From contig CAJINV010000005.1 in assembly GCA_905178155.1 (NCBI GenBank), forward strand, positions 6,803,223 through 6,867,222: a stretch of DNA of 64,000 nucleotides, read 5' to 3'. A model generated the notes under the pieces. It had not been told where the DNA came from. It was given only the letters and a program-made list of their open reading frames with translations, and did no database searches. The DNA is from Amoebophrya sp. A120. Its lineage: Eukaryota > Protista > Dinoflagellata. Below are positions 1-13,682 of the stretch, piece by piece. The stretch's first letter is position 1, and the number at the start of each line of letters is the position of its first letter. The translations under genes were made by a program, and so were the position numbers.

Positions 1-3000
1 ACATCAGCATTTTCGACGTGCTGACCACCCGAAAGCTGACCACTTGTGCGGTCCCCTCGACGAGCAGTAGTGGCAGTTCTTCCTCCAACCCCGGACCAAA
101 AGAGTACGTGTCCCTCGCCTTTTCGCCCGAAAACCAGTTTCTATTAACGCAGGGCGGGAGCTCCAATTCCTCCGGCGGGCTGTCCGGAAACAACGCCAGC
201 GGCGGGGGAAACAATGCCTCCGTGGGGAAACAGTCCTCGTCCGGCGGGCAGGGCGCGATTTCCGGCGGGGGCACCGCGAGCCACACGGTGGTTGGTGCGC
301 CCAACGATTGCGCGTTGCTCTACTGGAACTGGGACAAAAATCGAGTCATGGCGGCGTGTAAGGTACAACGATCTAGTGGCGATTTGGTTCCGGTCACAGA
401 ATTAGTTTCTAGCGGCACAGGGGACGGAACAGAGACGGCAGGGAATCCCGACGAGCCCGTACCGCCGACGAGTCACGACCCAACGCACCAGGTCGCGTTC
501 CACCCCGCGGACAGTTCGGTCTCCCTGATAGTCGGGAAAAGCATCTGTAAACTCCTCAGGTACGGCGAGGGCGGGTTTAGCGTGGCGGCCAGCTTGCCGC
601 AGGCCAAGGGGGAGGTAGGTTGATGTGTTTCGATCATGCATTTTTACAAATCTTGTTCTTAAGGTAAATCAGCATTGCAAATTTTATTTCTCATGCTAAG
701 GAAATTTGTAGTGCATTTTATACAAATGACTTTCCAGAATTTCCTCTCCCACTGCTGGCTTGCGGACGAGCGACTAGTCGTCGCAGCGGAGTCCGGTCAG
801 GTGTACCTGATGAGCGCGACATATGGAGTTCTCGAACGTTAAATTCTCAACTGTTGCATGAATTCGCAATGCAAGAATATGAAAATTGGCCGGGGCATTT
901 TGGATTGCACCTCGCGCATTACAAATTTGGAACGGATTTCCATTGCTATTTACCCCTTGTTCAAGAATTTGTCATGCGAACCAGCTTCATTGTCTGGGGG
1001 CTGATAGCATTTTTGCATGACAAGTCATGTCACAGTTGAGAGCGTAACGTTTGAGAGTTCCATACGACAGAGCTTGAATTGGAGCACATCCTCGAGGAAA
1101 AGTTCGACAAGTGCGCGGACTTTCACTTCGCCCGATTTTCCAAGGGTTTTCTCGCCTCCAGCACTGACGCGCGGGTGTGCTTCTTTTACAGCGAGGAGGG
1201 GACGTTTTTGAAAAAGGCCGAGGTGGCCATCCCCAACCAGGAAACCGCGATCGGTGGGCTGAACATCGACGGGTCGAACATAACGTGTAAGGGCTTGGCA
1301 ATGTCGAGTTCAGGGAACGAGGATTCTTTCGTCTTCGGTACTAGCTCCGGGCAGATCTACAAGGTAGTTTTACCTGCCGGGCTGGAAAAGCCACAGAATC
1401 TGGAAAACGCGGGATTGACCCCCGTGCCGCTTTTGGCGGGGTTTCACGTCGGGCCGGTGAACGGTACTTATTTTTACGAGCGATTTTCATTGCAAAACCA
1501 AATGATAAACAAAGACTCACGTGTATGCAGAACCAGAATCCGCTAAGTTCGAGATGAGGCTTGTGATGCATGAAAATTTTCCAGCAAAGTAGATGAAAAT
1601 GAAACTCCCAACCAAAACCTCCAGGTATGGACGTCTGTGTCCGCAAGCCCTTAATCGTGACCGCCGGCGCGGACCGCACCGTGCGTGTTTGGAATTACCA
1701 AGACCGATCCGCGGAGCTCTGCAAGTCCTTTGCCGAAGAGCCTTTCGCCGTCGCCATACACCCAAATGGGTTTTTGGTGATCGTGGGGTTTTCCGACAAG
1801 TTGCGATTGCTGAACTTGATCATGGAAGACCTGAAACCCTCTAAAGACATCCCCATCAAGGGCTGCAGAGAGGTCCGGTTTTCCAACGGCGGGCACTACT
1901 TCGCCGCCACGAACAACAACCTAACGCAAGTCTTCAAAACCTACACGGGCGAACTGGTTTACACGCTGAGGGGGCACAACAACAAAGCCCGGGCGGTTTC
2001 GTGGTCGTTGGACGACAGTGGGTTGGTGAGCTGCGGAATGGACGGCGGAGTTTACGAGTTTGACATGCTGCAAGACGCGCACAGGAAGTCTGACTGGGTG
2101 CAAAAGGGAGTGGCGTTCACCGGGTTGAGCGTCGCGACAGACCCATATACACTGGGGAATACCATGTATATTTGAAATTTGGATTTTTTCCAGCATTTCT
2201 TGTTGCACCGCGAAGTTGCACATGTGTTGGGATGAAGGCAATAGACTCATCGCGCACGACTGAGAGGTCTTGAAAAATAAATGCACATGCTTGTTCCGCA
2301 TCACATCAAAAGGTACATCTCCGGTTCCGACCGCCAGCTACGCGAGGTTTACAACTGTTCCATGCAGCAATGCTTCGAAACGGGCGACAGTTGTCTCAAC
2401 TCCCTGGCGCTCGCCAACGGCATGAAGGCCCTTCTCGCCGGCGCAGACAGCGGGCAGGGTTTCGTCCGATGCTACCGATTATGCATTGCAAAAATATCGT
2501 ACGACGTTCGTAGTGTAATGCGCATCACAAATTTTTTTGGTATGTAAGGACACAAGTCGTGGGATTTGTAACGCTGATTCAGTTTGTGAAAAATTTTTGT
2601 CATGCGGGGCTGCAATCCATACCACTGCGATACTTTTGCAGAGCATACCGATTTCCCTTGGAAGCGCTGGATTGTACGGATTACGCCGCTATCCTGTGCA
2701 AAAGTATCGTACTCGTAGTAATTGCATTTCTGCATTACAAATTTATTTTTCAAGGTAAATCAGCATTACAAATTCCATTTGTAATGCTAAGTCAATTTGT
2801 AATGCATTTATACGAGTACGATACTTTTGCAGTTCATAGCCGCTCACTGCGCCCCGGTGTCGCGGATCCGAGTTTCTTTAGACGATCAATTCGTTTTCAC
2901 TTGCGGCGAGGACGGGTGCGTGTTTGTGTTCGATTTGAGGAAGCAGAACCTGGTCAGCCTGCCAATCGCGGGGTGCAACCTAGCGAAGGAAGCAGTGAAG

Positions 3001-5957
3001 AAACGGGAGCACGGGACCGCGACCGCGATAAAGCTGGAGACTTACAACGACAGAAGTCTACTCCCGTACTCCGACGAGATTTTGGTGACAAAAACTTTTC
3101 TCGACGAGAAGCAGGGGCAGCTCGTGGAGTTGGAGCGACAGGTCGACGAGCTGTCGAATCAGATAGAGTTCCAGTTGAGGCACCGGGATCTGTATCACAA
3201 GGAGAAAATTGCGGAATTGGAAGACCGGTTCGGGCAAGAAATCGAGCAGGAAAGGGCAAAATACGAGCTGTTGCGGGAAGAGAAAAACGACATGGAAATG
3301 GAATGCGAGGAAAATATTCGGTACTATAGTTGTTTTGGTGCATTGGATTTTATGCATGACAAACTCCCTACTTTGCCGATGGTATTGTGCATGACAAGTG
3401 AATCTGAATCTTCATCACAACAGCGCTATCGAAGAGAAGCACGCGAAGCAGATTCAGGATATTGAGGCGTCGTTTCAACAGAAAATGATGGTCGAAGTTG
3501 GGAGGTATCAGAAGTTGTCGGCGACACGGGACAGGGAACACCAAGATTGGGAAAGCTCCTACAAGGAAATACTGGCGAAACATACGAGAGAGGTACGATG
3601 TAGTGTCTTGCGATGAAGCTGCGCTTTCTGCATGAGAAGTGACGCGTGCAATGGACTACAGTCCCGCATGACAAGCTGAAAAGATTGAATACGTCATTAC
3701 AAATCAGATCGACGACAATGCGCGGAAGTTCCAAGAGCAGAGGGGCGAGGGCGAGGCGCAACAGAGCAGGATATTGGCCGAGAAGGATCTGTCCGATAGA
3801 ATTCACCGGGAAACGTTGAATCAGCTCGAGCAAGACGCGGATCGGGAGGTCGAGGAACTGAAGGAACAGTACGAGGAAAGACTCACCGCGGAAAGAGACG
3901 ATAAGGTAAGTAAGTACATTTTTTTGTATAATCATGCCTACTTCTTGCCTTACAAAAGACATGGCTCGACGTGTATTCTATGCATGGTACTAACTTTCCA
4001 CTTTCTTTCAAATCACTATACCAGGTTCGCCTCCGTGGGCAGGCCGGAATCCACAGGAAGCACCACGAAGATCTGAAGAGGCAAATGCTGAAAAAAGAGG
4101 AAGAGTTTCGGTTTTTCAGCGAAGAAGCACGGAAAAAGCAGGAGAAGATAGACGCGAGCATATTGGAAAGGGAACAGAACATGAAGGAAATTAAAGACCG
4201 AGACAGGACGATAGGTAATGTGCGTTTTTATAAAGCTAACGCTGCTACGTTTTGTCATGCAGCGCACCAACAAGGAGTTTCTTTTGTCATGCGAGATTGT
4301 GCAACGCTGAGTATGAAAAATTAACATTTTATTCCAGGCGACAAGGAAACGAAGATCTACGAGCTGAAAAAGCAGAATGCAGAATTGGAAAAATTCAAGT
4401 TTGTCCTGGACTACAAAATCAAGGAACTCCGTATCCCACGAAAAAACTGTTTCACTGTGAAGATGATTCTGCAAGATCTGCATCACAAGTTTCTTACACA
4501 TGACACAGAAAATTTGCCTTGCGTGCTTCCAAAGGGAAAACGCCGTTAAAGAGTCAAGGCCTTCCAGGTGTAGCAAGACAAAGAGTTCTGTGTTGCATTC
4601 TATGCATCACAAGTTCGCAGTGAAACAGTTTTTTCTTGCGATACTCCGCGCGCAAATTGAGCCGAAAAACGCGGATATTGCACAGATGAAGCGGATATGC
4701 ATTGCAAATATGTCTTGGTCTGGACACTTGTAATGCAAGGAAGGGAATTATAGTGAGCACACTTTAATGCGCTGCCAAGCATGACAAGTTTTTCCGTGCT
4801 TCTGAGTTGCGAACTCCGCATGAGAAACTGCGTTTTTGCATGACAGGCAAGAGGAGCTGCTCTTTGCGGTGACGCAACACAGAGTTCAGAGTCATGCCAG
4901 ATTAGCATGACAAATCTCGCAACTTCCCAGACCCAGACATATTTGCATTTGATAGCGAATTATCCAGACCATGGACAGCGATCTAGAGGAATACCACCGC
5001 AAAAACAAAACCCTGCAAACCGACATCGGGAATCTCCAGTCGAAACAGCAAAGTCTTCAGGAGGAAATTCTCTTGCAAAGAAAAAAAGTCGCGGACGCCA
5101 TGACGAAATCCAAGAAGATAAAACACGATCTGTTTGAACTCTCTGACATGATGAACAACGTGTCGGTGAAAGAGTTCCGGGAGAAGTTTTTGAAGCTCTC
5201 GGACAAGTACCTGAATTATCCTGTGCAAAAGTATCGTACTCGTATAAATGCAAGTCTTGCATTACAAATCCTTTTCTTAAGGTAAATCCGCATTACAAAT
5301 TTTATTTCTCATGCTGAGGGAATTTGTAATGCAATTATATACTAGCACGATGCTTTTGCATTGCACATGAATGCGCATTTGGCAACCTCGCCGAAGAGTT
5401 CACCGCAAAGCAAGAACAACGCCACGGTGAAATCCAACCCCGCAGCGACAACAACAACAAATTCCAGCATGAACCAGACGAAGTCTTCCGCCATGTCAGC
5501 GGAAGAGATTCAGGAACAAATCCAAATCACAAACGAGTACGCCAAGCAGAAAGAATACCTGCAGAAATCGGTGCAGAGTCTGACGAAAAAGTTGCACAAG
5601 GACAGTGAGACGCACAAAAAGGATATCGCAAGAAAAAAGTGTTACAGTTACACACTGTGTTGCAAGACCGGCAACACAGACAACCTTTCTCATGCAGGAA
5701 ATGCTTTGGATCCTCATTTCCTTCCTGTTTTCCCTTATGTTTTCTGCATTGCAAGTTTTCTCTCTCATGCAGAGAAAATTTGTGTTGCGGAATTGACAAC
5801 AAATGTGTAACTGTAACACTTTTTTCTCGTGATAAAGGACAACCAGACGGCGATGCAAGACAACATGCGCCTGATCCAAACGATCGATTCCTTGCGAAAG
5901 GAGATCACCCAACTGAAACTCGACGCCGCGCCGGTCATTGGGCAGGATAAGAAGTAA
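1..5957 (+). CDS. CFAP57: Cilia/flagella-associated protein 57 (WD40 repeats plus C-terminal coiled coil), 5'-truncated by the window, 14 introns visible (7 GT-AG, 7 TIR/TSD)
   Basis: Spliced reading gives [63 protein letters not shown] and [32 protein letters not shown], motifs I recognise from CFAP57/WDR65. Stop TAA at 5955-5957. Confidence 0.93.
615..737 (+). other. GT-AG intron with a decayed F1 introner core
   Basis: GTAGGT...TTCCAG, in frame (E|NFLSHCW). Interior aaggtaaatcagcattgcaaattttatttctcatgctaaggaaatttgta matches the F1 body. Confidence 0.88.
822..1064. mobile_element. Introner F3
   Basis: TIR tatggagttctc/gagagttccata, TSD cgaca. Removal gives MSAT|ELELEH. Confidence 0.92.
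1464..1624 (+). other. GT-AG intron
   Basis: GTACTT...CCAG, restores VNG-MDV. Confidence 0.88.
2166..2312 (+). other. GT-AG intron
   Basis: GTATAT...AAAG, restores TMYISG. Confidence 0.82.
2480..2647. mobile_element. Introner F1
   Basis: TIR tatgcattgcaaaaatatcg/cgatacttttgcagagcata, TSD ccgat. Restores CYRFPL. Confidence 0.92.
2690..2838. mobile_element. Introner F1
   Basis: TIR tgcaaaagtatcgtactcgta, TSD gccgc. Restores YAAHC. Confidence 0.94.
3321..3423 (+). other. GT-AG intron
   Basis: GTACTA...ACAG, restores IRAIEEK. Carries gcatgacaa motifs. Confidence 0.85.
3593..3707 (+). other. GT-AG intron
   Basis: GTACGA...TCAG, restores TRE|IDDN. Confidence 0.82.
3906..4024 (+). other. GT-AG intron
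   Basis: GTAAGT...CCAG, restores DDK|VRLRG. Confidence 0.9.
4215..4337 (+). other. GT-AG intron
   Basis: GTAATG...CCAG, restores TIGDKE. Contains tttgtcatgc twice. Confidence 0.9.
4432..4643. mobile_element. Introner F5
   Basis: TIR tatcccacgaaaaaactgtttcactg/cagtgaaacagttttttcttgcgata, TSD ctccg. Confidence 0.92.
4696..4954. mobile_element. Introner F2
   Basis: TIR tgcaaatatgtct/agacatatttgca, TSD gcgga/gcgaa. Confidence 0.9.
5217..5367. mobile_element. Introner F1
   Basis: F1 TIR (right end reads ACA), TSD tgaat. Confidence 0.9.
5624..5834. mobile_element. Introner F5
   Basis: TIR gaaaaaagtgttacagttacaca/tgtgtaactgtaacacttttttc, TSD aagga. Confidence 0.93.
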
Positions 5958-7228
5958 GGGGGATTTATTTTGTCGGGTTCGGTCTCGGGTTGCTGGGTTG
6001 TGGGGAGGCGGAAAGAAAGGAACGGGAGTTGCTCCTTAGCGGATGAAATTAAAGTGTTGAAATTCTTTCGAACTTTGTCATGTAGAAACTTAGAGAGACT
6101 TTCTTACGTTACCGATGAGAAACTTCTTCTGTGCAACTACTCTGCGGAGTAGCTATCAGAGAAACAGATCTTGTTCAACCTAATCGAATATTACAAGCTA
6201 TGATAGGCTAGAACAAAAGGCCTAAGTAGTAGATGAACCCAATAAAAGGAATTGTAAGTCGCTCGAGAGGGTGCGGGTGGAGTCCAAAAGTCGCATTGTT
6301 TCATCAGCGATTTTGGACCTTCCTACGCTTCTCTGATTTTTAGGTTTTAAGATAGCCGAACACAAGAAAACAAAGTAGTCTAGTTCTTCTGTAATCTTCG
6401 CGAGGACAAAGAGGTTAGAATCGACAATGCGGTGAACAAAGAACGAGTCGAACACACAAAAAAGATCGAAACTGTTAATGCGCAGGCTGCTAATGAGCAT
6501 GACAGATTCCCTCGTGGAGCTGGAGGCAGCGAATGCGAAAAGATTCAAGCGGCGTATTAGGGTCTAAGAATCCACTTCGTGTGAGACTTTCAGATCTGTA
6601 TTGGTCACAGTGGAGATCTGTGGTAGAAACACAGTGGAGATCTCATTTAAGTAGTTTTCTGTGAGCAAGTCGATCCAATCCTTGACGTACGTGCACCTCG
6701 TGATGGATGTGAGTGAGGCATGACCTGTGATACTAGCGCAGGAACAGAAGACAGATTGAAAAGATCAACTTCTTGCAGGCTACATGTGAAGATGTCAAGT
6801 AGCTCCAGCAGGAGAGGAGCAGAAGCTCCCAAGACGGATCCGCGTGGACCTGCAGTGGCACCTGTACATGGAAGATTTCGAGGATGATCATTCTGCGTTC
6901 TGCTTGAAGCTCGTTCTTAGCATGATTCGCGGCTGTCCTAGATTCGTATTCGCGTATCTGCATTTCATGCGGTAGTCTCCTTGATGTGGTCGAGCCTTCT
7001 TACTGAGTCTGAGTCGTGATGTCGATTCTAAGCTCCTCTACTTGTCATCCTTCGACTTCGGTCTGATTCTGGTTCCTACAGCGGCATGAAAGGCAGAAAC
7101 AAGCGTGAAGATCGTCAATAATGTCTAGATATGCGTCATTATCCAAAAGTAGTACTAGAAATTCTTGAAAGTAGAAGTAGTAAAGCGTAGTATACCAAGA
7201 ATTTTGCAACACAACCCTATGGCTATGC

Positions 7229-10200
7229 ATGGGGAATTCTCTACCAACAATACTGGAAGGTGGTTCTGATTTGGACCAAAATCAGCCATCTGAGAGTAAG
7301 TTTCACGAAGCAGACCTGCTTCCGCAGACGAAAAGCACTTCTAGTTCTAATAGTAAAGATGTCGGTGCCAACCAAGTCTTGGTAAGTAACGACCTAAAAA
7401 GTTCTGAAAGTTCTGTCTCTAGTGGTGGTCAACATTCGCGACCAGGCGACTTAGAGGACCCGAAAAAAGAAGAGGTCAAAGGTACTAGTATTTGCCAAAA
7501 TAAAAGCGATTCTCTCGATGAGTCCACCTCCGACTTGATTTTCGACAACGTGGGAAGACGAGACGTTGACGTAATGAGCGCAACAAGCAAGATCACCGAA
7601 CCTCACCGAGGATCGCGACCCTCGTCCTCTCGGAACGGGCTCCACCTCGGGGGTCTTGCTTGTTCTGATGCCGAGGAGGAGCAAGCTGGACGAAAAACGA
7701 TGTCGTCCTCTCCCTCTTCGATAAGGCTTCTGGGGAACAGCAAATGCGGTGGAGAAACCACAGGCCAAGGAGTCCTTGTTGGCGATGGGCATTTGGAGGT
7801 GTCTGTCAAGCACGATCACGAGCACCAGGGTGAAGATGACGAAGGCGTGGGTCTTGCCGACGGACTTCGACCTGAGCAGATGATTGTTCCAGCAGCAGCA
7901 GCACCACAGGACGAGCAGCAAATCGCCCACAAGACCACCAGCGCTGAGAAAAAGAAGAAGGACAGGAAAAAGAAGAAGCGACTAAAAAAGCGAAACCGTG
8001 CATCAAAAATATTGAATCTCGACGTCCCCGGCATGGGTGTCGATGTAACGAAGGACCCACCGCAACTGGCCTTTCTTCCCGATGTCGATCTCGCCGGTTC
8101 GGATTGTGACGGATTTGACACAGCTATTTTTGGACCCGACGCCGCCGAAAAGATTCAGGACCTGTTTAAGGTCCAAAAGCTTGGGCTGAAGAGAAGCGAG
8201 GTTTTGAAGCAAAGATTCACGATTAAAGAGGAGGAGGCTGCTAGGGCGAAACGGGTCGAGGAAAATAAGAAGAGGATGATGTTCTTGAAAAATAAGGCCG
8301 CCGCTGCCAGAAATAAACTACGTCGAGCGAAAAAGGGAGAGGCGAAACATAAGAGTAGACAACACGCACAGAGGTTGCACAATGCTGATGACCAACAAAC
8401 TGCCACAGCGAAGAAGCTTCCCGTTGCTGTATCTACTACTTCATCTACGAAAATTGAAGCGAAGAAGAAGCGGAAGAAGCAAGATCTCGCCCCTAAAAAC
8501 CCTCTGAAAAAAATCAGTGGAGCCAAGCACCGGGACAAATTGTTAACCGAGAGGGGGAGGATCATGTGTGAAAAATTCGGAATTTCTCAATTCGTCAAGC
8601 CTTTCAGGGCGAAGACTGCGAACAAGTTCCAAGCATTAATGTTGCGGAAATTCAGAACAGAATTGAAGATGGATCATGTCAAAGCTGCGAGAGATTGTAA
8701 ACGGGAAAAGGAAAAGCAGGAGGAAGCGAGGGTTGTATTGCAAGAGCAGCAGCAGGAGAAGAAACGGCTGCAGCTGCAGGAAGAACAAGAAGTGTTTGGA
8801 GATTTGATGGACGTTTGTGGCGAGGACCCCGTCGTGGTTCGCCATGGCGCCGCAACCTCTTTCTTCTCAGGGCAAGTTGTGGATTGTTCTTCTGTGCAAG
8901 ACGGTGAGAACGGCGTCAACATGGACGAAGTTGTAGTTCCCCACGAACGACGAGAAAACGAGGATTATATACGCGCTACTTCTTCTACTCCTACTGCAGC
9001 ACCAGCATCCGCTTGTAGTTCTGCTTATCCTCCCCTTCCTGGTTCTTGCGACCGTGAAGGTGATCATGAAAACGGCAAGCCGAGAGGACTACCTTCTGAT
9101 CATGCGTTCTTTGTAGAAGATCAACAAACTGATGGTCACATCCCCGCCTGCCCCAAAAAAGGTACAGGTTTCTCCAACGGAACCTTTCAGCTGTTCCACA
9201 AAAAGACCAAAACGGTTTTCAAAACGCTTCCGCCGGTGCAAAAATTTGGTGAAAAGGAGCAGTTCCACACCTTTCAAGGAGTTTTCAACTTGCCAACCGA
9301 GAGCGATCATTTGGATTTGAAAAAGAAATCCTGGCCGCCGGAACAGTTTCGGAAAAAGGTGTTTGTTGAAACTGTCCAGGAAGAACCAGAGCCGGAAAGA
9401 TCGGAGGGGGATGTTAAGCCAGAAAGTGGTCACGTCGGTGATAAAATCAAAAAGGCGAACAGGAAAAAAACTTCGAAAAGAACTGAAGATGTTGACAAGA
9501 AGGCTCAACAAGAGGCCATTCAACGCAATGTTGACGAATCCGAGCGAGCGAAGCGGCGGTTGCGGCGGAAGGAAGTCAGGGAACAGGCAACCACGAATGG
9601 GCAAGGACAAGGTAGCAAGCGAGGGCCTGCTGTGCCTGTTCCTGTTGTACAGCAGCAAGAGCCCAGTTGTATGCAGCAGCAACCTGAAGCACTGGAGCAA
9701 TCGTCCGCCCAGCTACAGCAACCATCGCTGCAGCAGCCTGCGTCGGAGCAACCATCACAGCAGCAACCACCACAGCAGCAACCATCACAGGATCACTCAT
9801 CGCAGGAGCAGCAATTGTCTACTTCACGGCAGGCAGATGGCCCTCCAGCTGCAGCTGCACAGGCCGTCACTTTACAGGCGAGTGAAGAAAATAAATCATG
9901 TCCAGAAGTCGAGGTGAATCACGACGAAGGAAGAAATGAAAAAGTTGCAGATCATGATGTTTCTAGCAAATGTAAAGGTAAGCAGATCGTGGTCGTGCCC
10001 CCTGCTAGTGCAGCGCCAAGCTCCTCGACAAAATTGACGAAGATGCTACCCCCTGCTCTACCGCCGATGAAAATAAAGGCTGCAATGAAGGCTTCGGCAG
10101 CTCTTCATGCTTATGGGGCTCTTCAGCCAGCACAACAACCGGTGCAGGAACAACTTCCAAAGCCGACACAGCAAGAAGTTCTTGCGACCGGCGCAGCAAT

Positions 10201-13200
10201 ATCAGGGACAACAAGGGTAGTTGTAGTACCCTCAACACCGCGCGGCACGGGGGAGAACCCTGCGACGCTGCAAGACACAAAAACTCCAGTGCGGTCCTCA
10301 GAGCTTGTCCTCTCCTCGAGAAGTTCACAAAATCACAATCGTAGCAGCACGAGCTGCCCTCACCTCGATGTCGAAACGAACCTAGAGATGAAAGTGCAGA
10401 CGAAAAGGTACTGCAAGGACGGGATTCTGTACCAGTGGATTCAGGCGAAGAGCCCTAATGGAGATCTTCAGGAAGAGGAGCACATAACAAAGCCAAAACC
10501 AGAAGAACGGAACATCAATCCAAATGATTCTTTATTTCGTCCCACTGCGAAGGAACAGGAGCCTCCTGCTTCTTGTAGGACGACGATGAAGCAGCGACTA
10601 GTTGTGGTACACACGACCACCTCTTCATCCACGCTAAAGAACGGAAACAGCAGCAGCAAGTCAAAACACATCCAGACGAAGAAGAAACGTGACGTCCGCC
10701 GGCATACCACCGTGGATGAACTCAACGGAGAGGAGCGACATACCGCTTTTTCCCCCAAGAACCGCAGTATCGACCGGAAAATGAGTTGGTTTAAGGTTCC
10801 GAGTGGTTCGGCACCGACGTCTGGTTTCCTGCCGCCAGGAAGAGAGCAAGAATCTTCGACGGCCCAACGACCTCCACAGCGAGGGCATTCCCCCGTCCCT
10901 GGTCGGGACATGCGGTCGAGTAGCAGCAAAACCGCCCCGCGAGCAGAAGAAGTAGTAACTTCCGATGTTTCTTTCGGTCGTACTCGTAACGCTTGTACTT
11001 CTGCGGCAGCACAGCCGTGTAGTACTACAGCAAGTGTTCCCCGAGTGACAGCTGCGGAACGTGACCGAGCATCTGATTCGTCCTGGCTACAGACTGCCAT
11101 AAAAGCCAGCGTCAGAAAATTCTGCGCGGCTGCGCGGGCACTCTCAGAACAAGCTTCAGACCGGTCTTCAGCTGATAGTGCTGCGCCCCCGCAAGAAGGT
11201 TTAGCTACCGGAGTCCGGGAACGGAAAATTAGTGGCGTTGAGACGTATCGGGAGCAGCAGGAATCATCTTCTTCGCAGCTAGTACGGAAGGATGTTGAGA
11301 ATCATGTTGAAAACCAGACTGATGTTTTTTCGAAAGACGACGAGGATGTGGAAATGATGGACGTCGAAATGTTGGACGCTGCTCCTTCTGCTAGGAGCGT
11401 GGATGTTCGTCCAACTTTTGGAGGAGCACCTGGGTCGACGAGCAGTAGTACCGCCGGAGGACCAGCAGGAGAGCCTGCTTCCAGTAGTAGCGCATCAAGT
11501 TCAACAAGTTCCTGTCCGCAGCAGGCGCCAGAGCTGCCAAGTTGTTGCGCCGGCCCCGACACTCCTGCGCAATTCACTACAATAAGCATGAAAACCACGA
11601 CGACGAAGAAGAAGTTTGCTCCGCGGTCCAAAAACAAGCACTTCCGGGAGGAGCAAGAGCGGCAATTGCAAGAAGAACAGGAGAAGCAGGCGCGGGAACA
11701 AGAGCTGCAGCGTTTGAAGGATCTAAAGGAACAAGAGGAGAAAAAACGGCAGGAGCGGAAACAAAAGCGGCGGGAATTGAAGCGACAGAGAAGGGAAGAA
11801 GAAAAACGCAAGATGCAAGAGAGATTACTGGTGGAGCAGCAGCAGCGGGAGCTCCAGGAAGCGTTGTTGCGAGACGCGGAAATGCAGCAGCGGCAGAGGG
11901 AGGAACAGGAGCGACTAGAAGCGGAGAAGCAGCAGCAGCTTCTATTGCAGAAACAACATGATGAACTACAACTCAGCAAGAAAATGAAAGAGAAACAACG
12001 GAAACAACCACTTCTCTGTCGTACAGGTCCGACCTACGTCGAACTAGTGGAAATTCTCGATCCGGCTTCTTACGAAAAACTCGGTCTGCAATTCGGCATC
12101 GATCTGGAATTCGCGTACGTCCACAAGAAGGGCGGACACCGCTGGCGGTTAGATATTGAGCGGACTGAAAAGGAGGAACGGGAGTATGCGATGGAGGTTG
12201 CTAGACAGCAGGCGCGGGGGGAGGAAGTCGCTGCGATGGCGAGTGAGTCTGAGGCGGAAACAGGACGAGGAGGAGAACAAACTGGTGGGTCGTCCTGTGT
12301 CGGCAGGAGCTCTTCTTTATCTTCTTGCGGCCGAGGTGGAAGAGAGAATCGTGGGCAAGACGAATTACAGCAAGGAAACACGGCGACAAACCCGGGCAGT
12401 GGTGTACTACCAGAGCAGCAGAACCCCCAGGAACTAACGGATGGTCACGAACATCACCAGCTGCAGACAGAACAGCCTCACGAAAATAGCCTCCAGAACG
12501 TCAACCCGAAAAGTCTTCCTCCAATCCGCCCAAGAGATGAAGAACCTCCCCTCCGACGGCGCAGTAAAAACGTAAAAAGCGACCCAAAGCGCCGTCCGAT
12601 CTCCCCGCCGGGAAACTGCAACAACCAAGCAAAAAACCTAAAATTACAGGGCCTCGACCCGCCTCCGTTTTTTCCATCCGACTCCAAACCGATTAACAGA
12701 CGGAAGTTCACGCTTCCCTACGACTACGATTCGCACAAGCCGAGGGTATTTCTTGAAAGACACATAGTTCCGTTTCACATGCCGGTGCATTGGAATGAGG
12801 ATTTAGAGGATTACTACGAGACCTTCACCGGGAAACCCGTCGTCCCCTGTTACGAGAAATTTTGCGACGCGGCGGCGAACTTGGGGATAAAAGTGAATCA
12901 GTTGTTGAAGCACCGCGCAAAGGAAATCGGGAGATGTTGCAAACTGTTCAACCTACTAGACCACGAGGATTTCCGGTACAGATGGGAACTGATGAGCGAT
13001 TGGGAGAGGGAACAGTTTAAGGCGAAACGGTTTGATATGCACTGCAAAAATATCGTACTAAGTAAGTACAAGTAGTATAAATCGCATGACAAATTTCCTC
13101 AGCATAAGAAATGAAATTTGTGATGCGGATTTGACTTGACGAAAACATTTGTAATGCATAAATGCGATCAGTACGAGTATGATTATACTTTTGCAATCCA

Positions 13201-13682
13201 TATTTGACTTTCTGAAAAAGTACAAGCCGATTCGCTTGAAGAAAGTGAGGTTGGCGAAAGCGTTTGCGCAGGAAGAGCGGACGGGACCGCCATCATTAGC
13301 GAAGCCGAAGAGTGGGAACACCAAGGACGAAGGAGGTGCGAATGTGGAAGTTGACGATAAGGATAAGGGTGAACCTAACGACCACATTAAGGCGATCGTC
13401 GATGCGAACATCACTAGCACGACTGCCGCTCCTGTGGCGGGTGAAGGTGGAAAGGTGGAATTAGGTGCGGATCCCGCTGCGCTGAATGATCAACAGGAGA
13501 ACGATTTTGAGGAGAGAAGTGAAGGACAACAGCGAATAAAGAAGCCGGTGAAGCGCGAAGTAAGTCAACGCAGTACAACTAAAGCGGCTGCCAAGAGTGT
13601 CGCACGCGGACGTGGCCGTCCGAAAAACGACGCGAGTAATGCGTCGGGTCCGGGTACTAGAAAAGCGACGAACAAGAAGTAA
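7229..13682 (+). CDS. Large low-complexity K/Q/S/E-rich hypothetical protein (~2093 aa, exons 7229-13035 and 13208-13682)
   Basis: 5.8-kb ORF continued in frame after introner removal (RFD|FLKKYK). Basic clusters and an E/Q/R coiled coil; no domain recognised. Confidence 0.8.
13036..13202. mobile_element. Introner F1, reverse orientation
   Basis: F1 TIR, TSD tttga. Confidence 0.9.

Noticed and set aside
6200-7200. Short coiled-coil-like ORF fragments on both strands
   Set aside because: Interrupted by stops and frameshifts, with no recognisable family.
7451-12711. Many minus-strand ORFs over the large gene
   Set aside because: Antisense shadows of low-complexity coding sequence.
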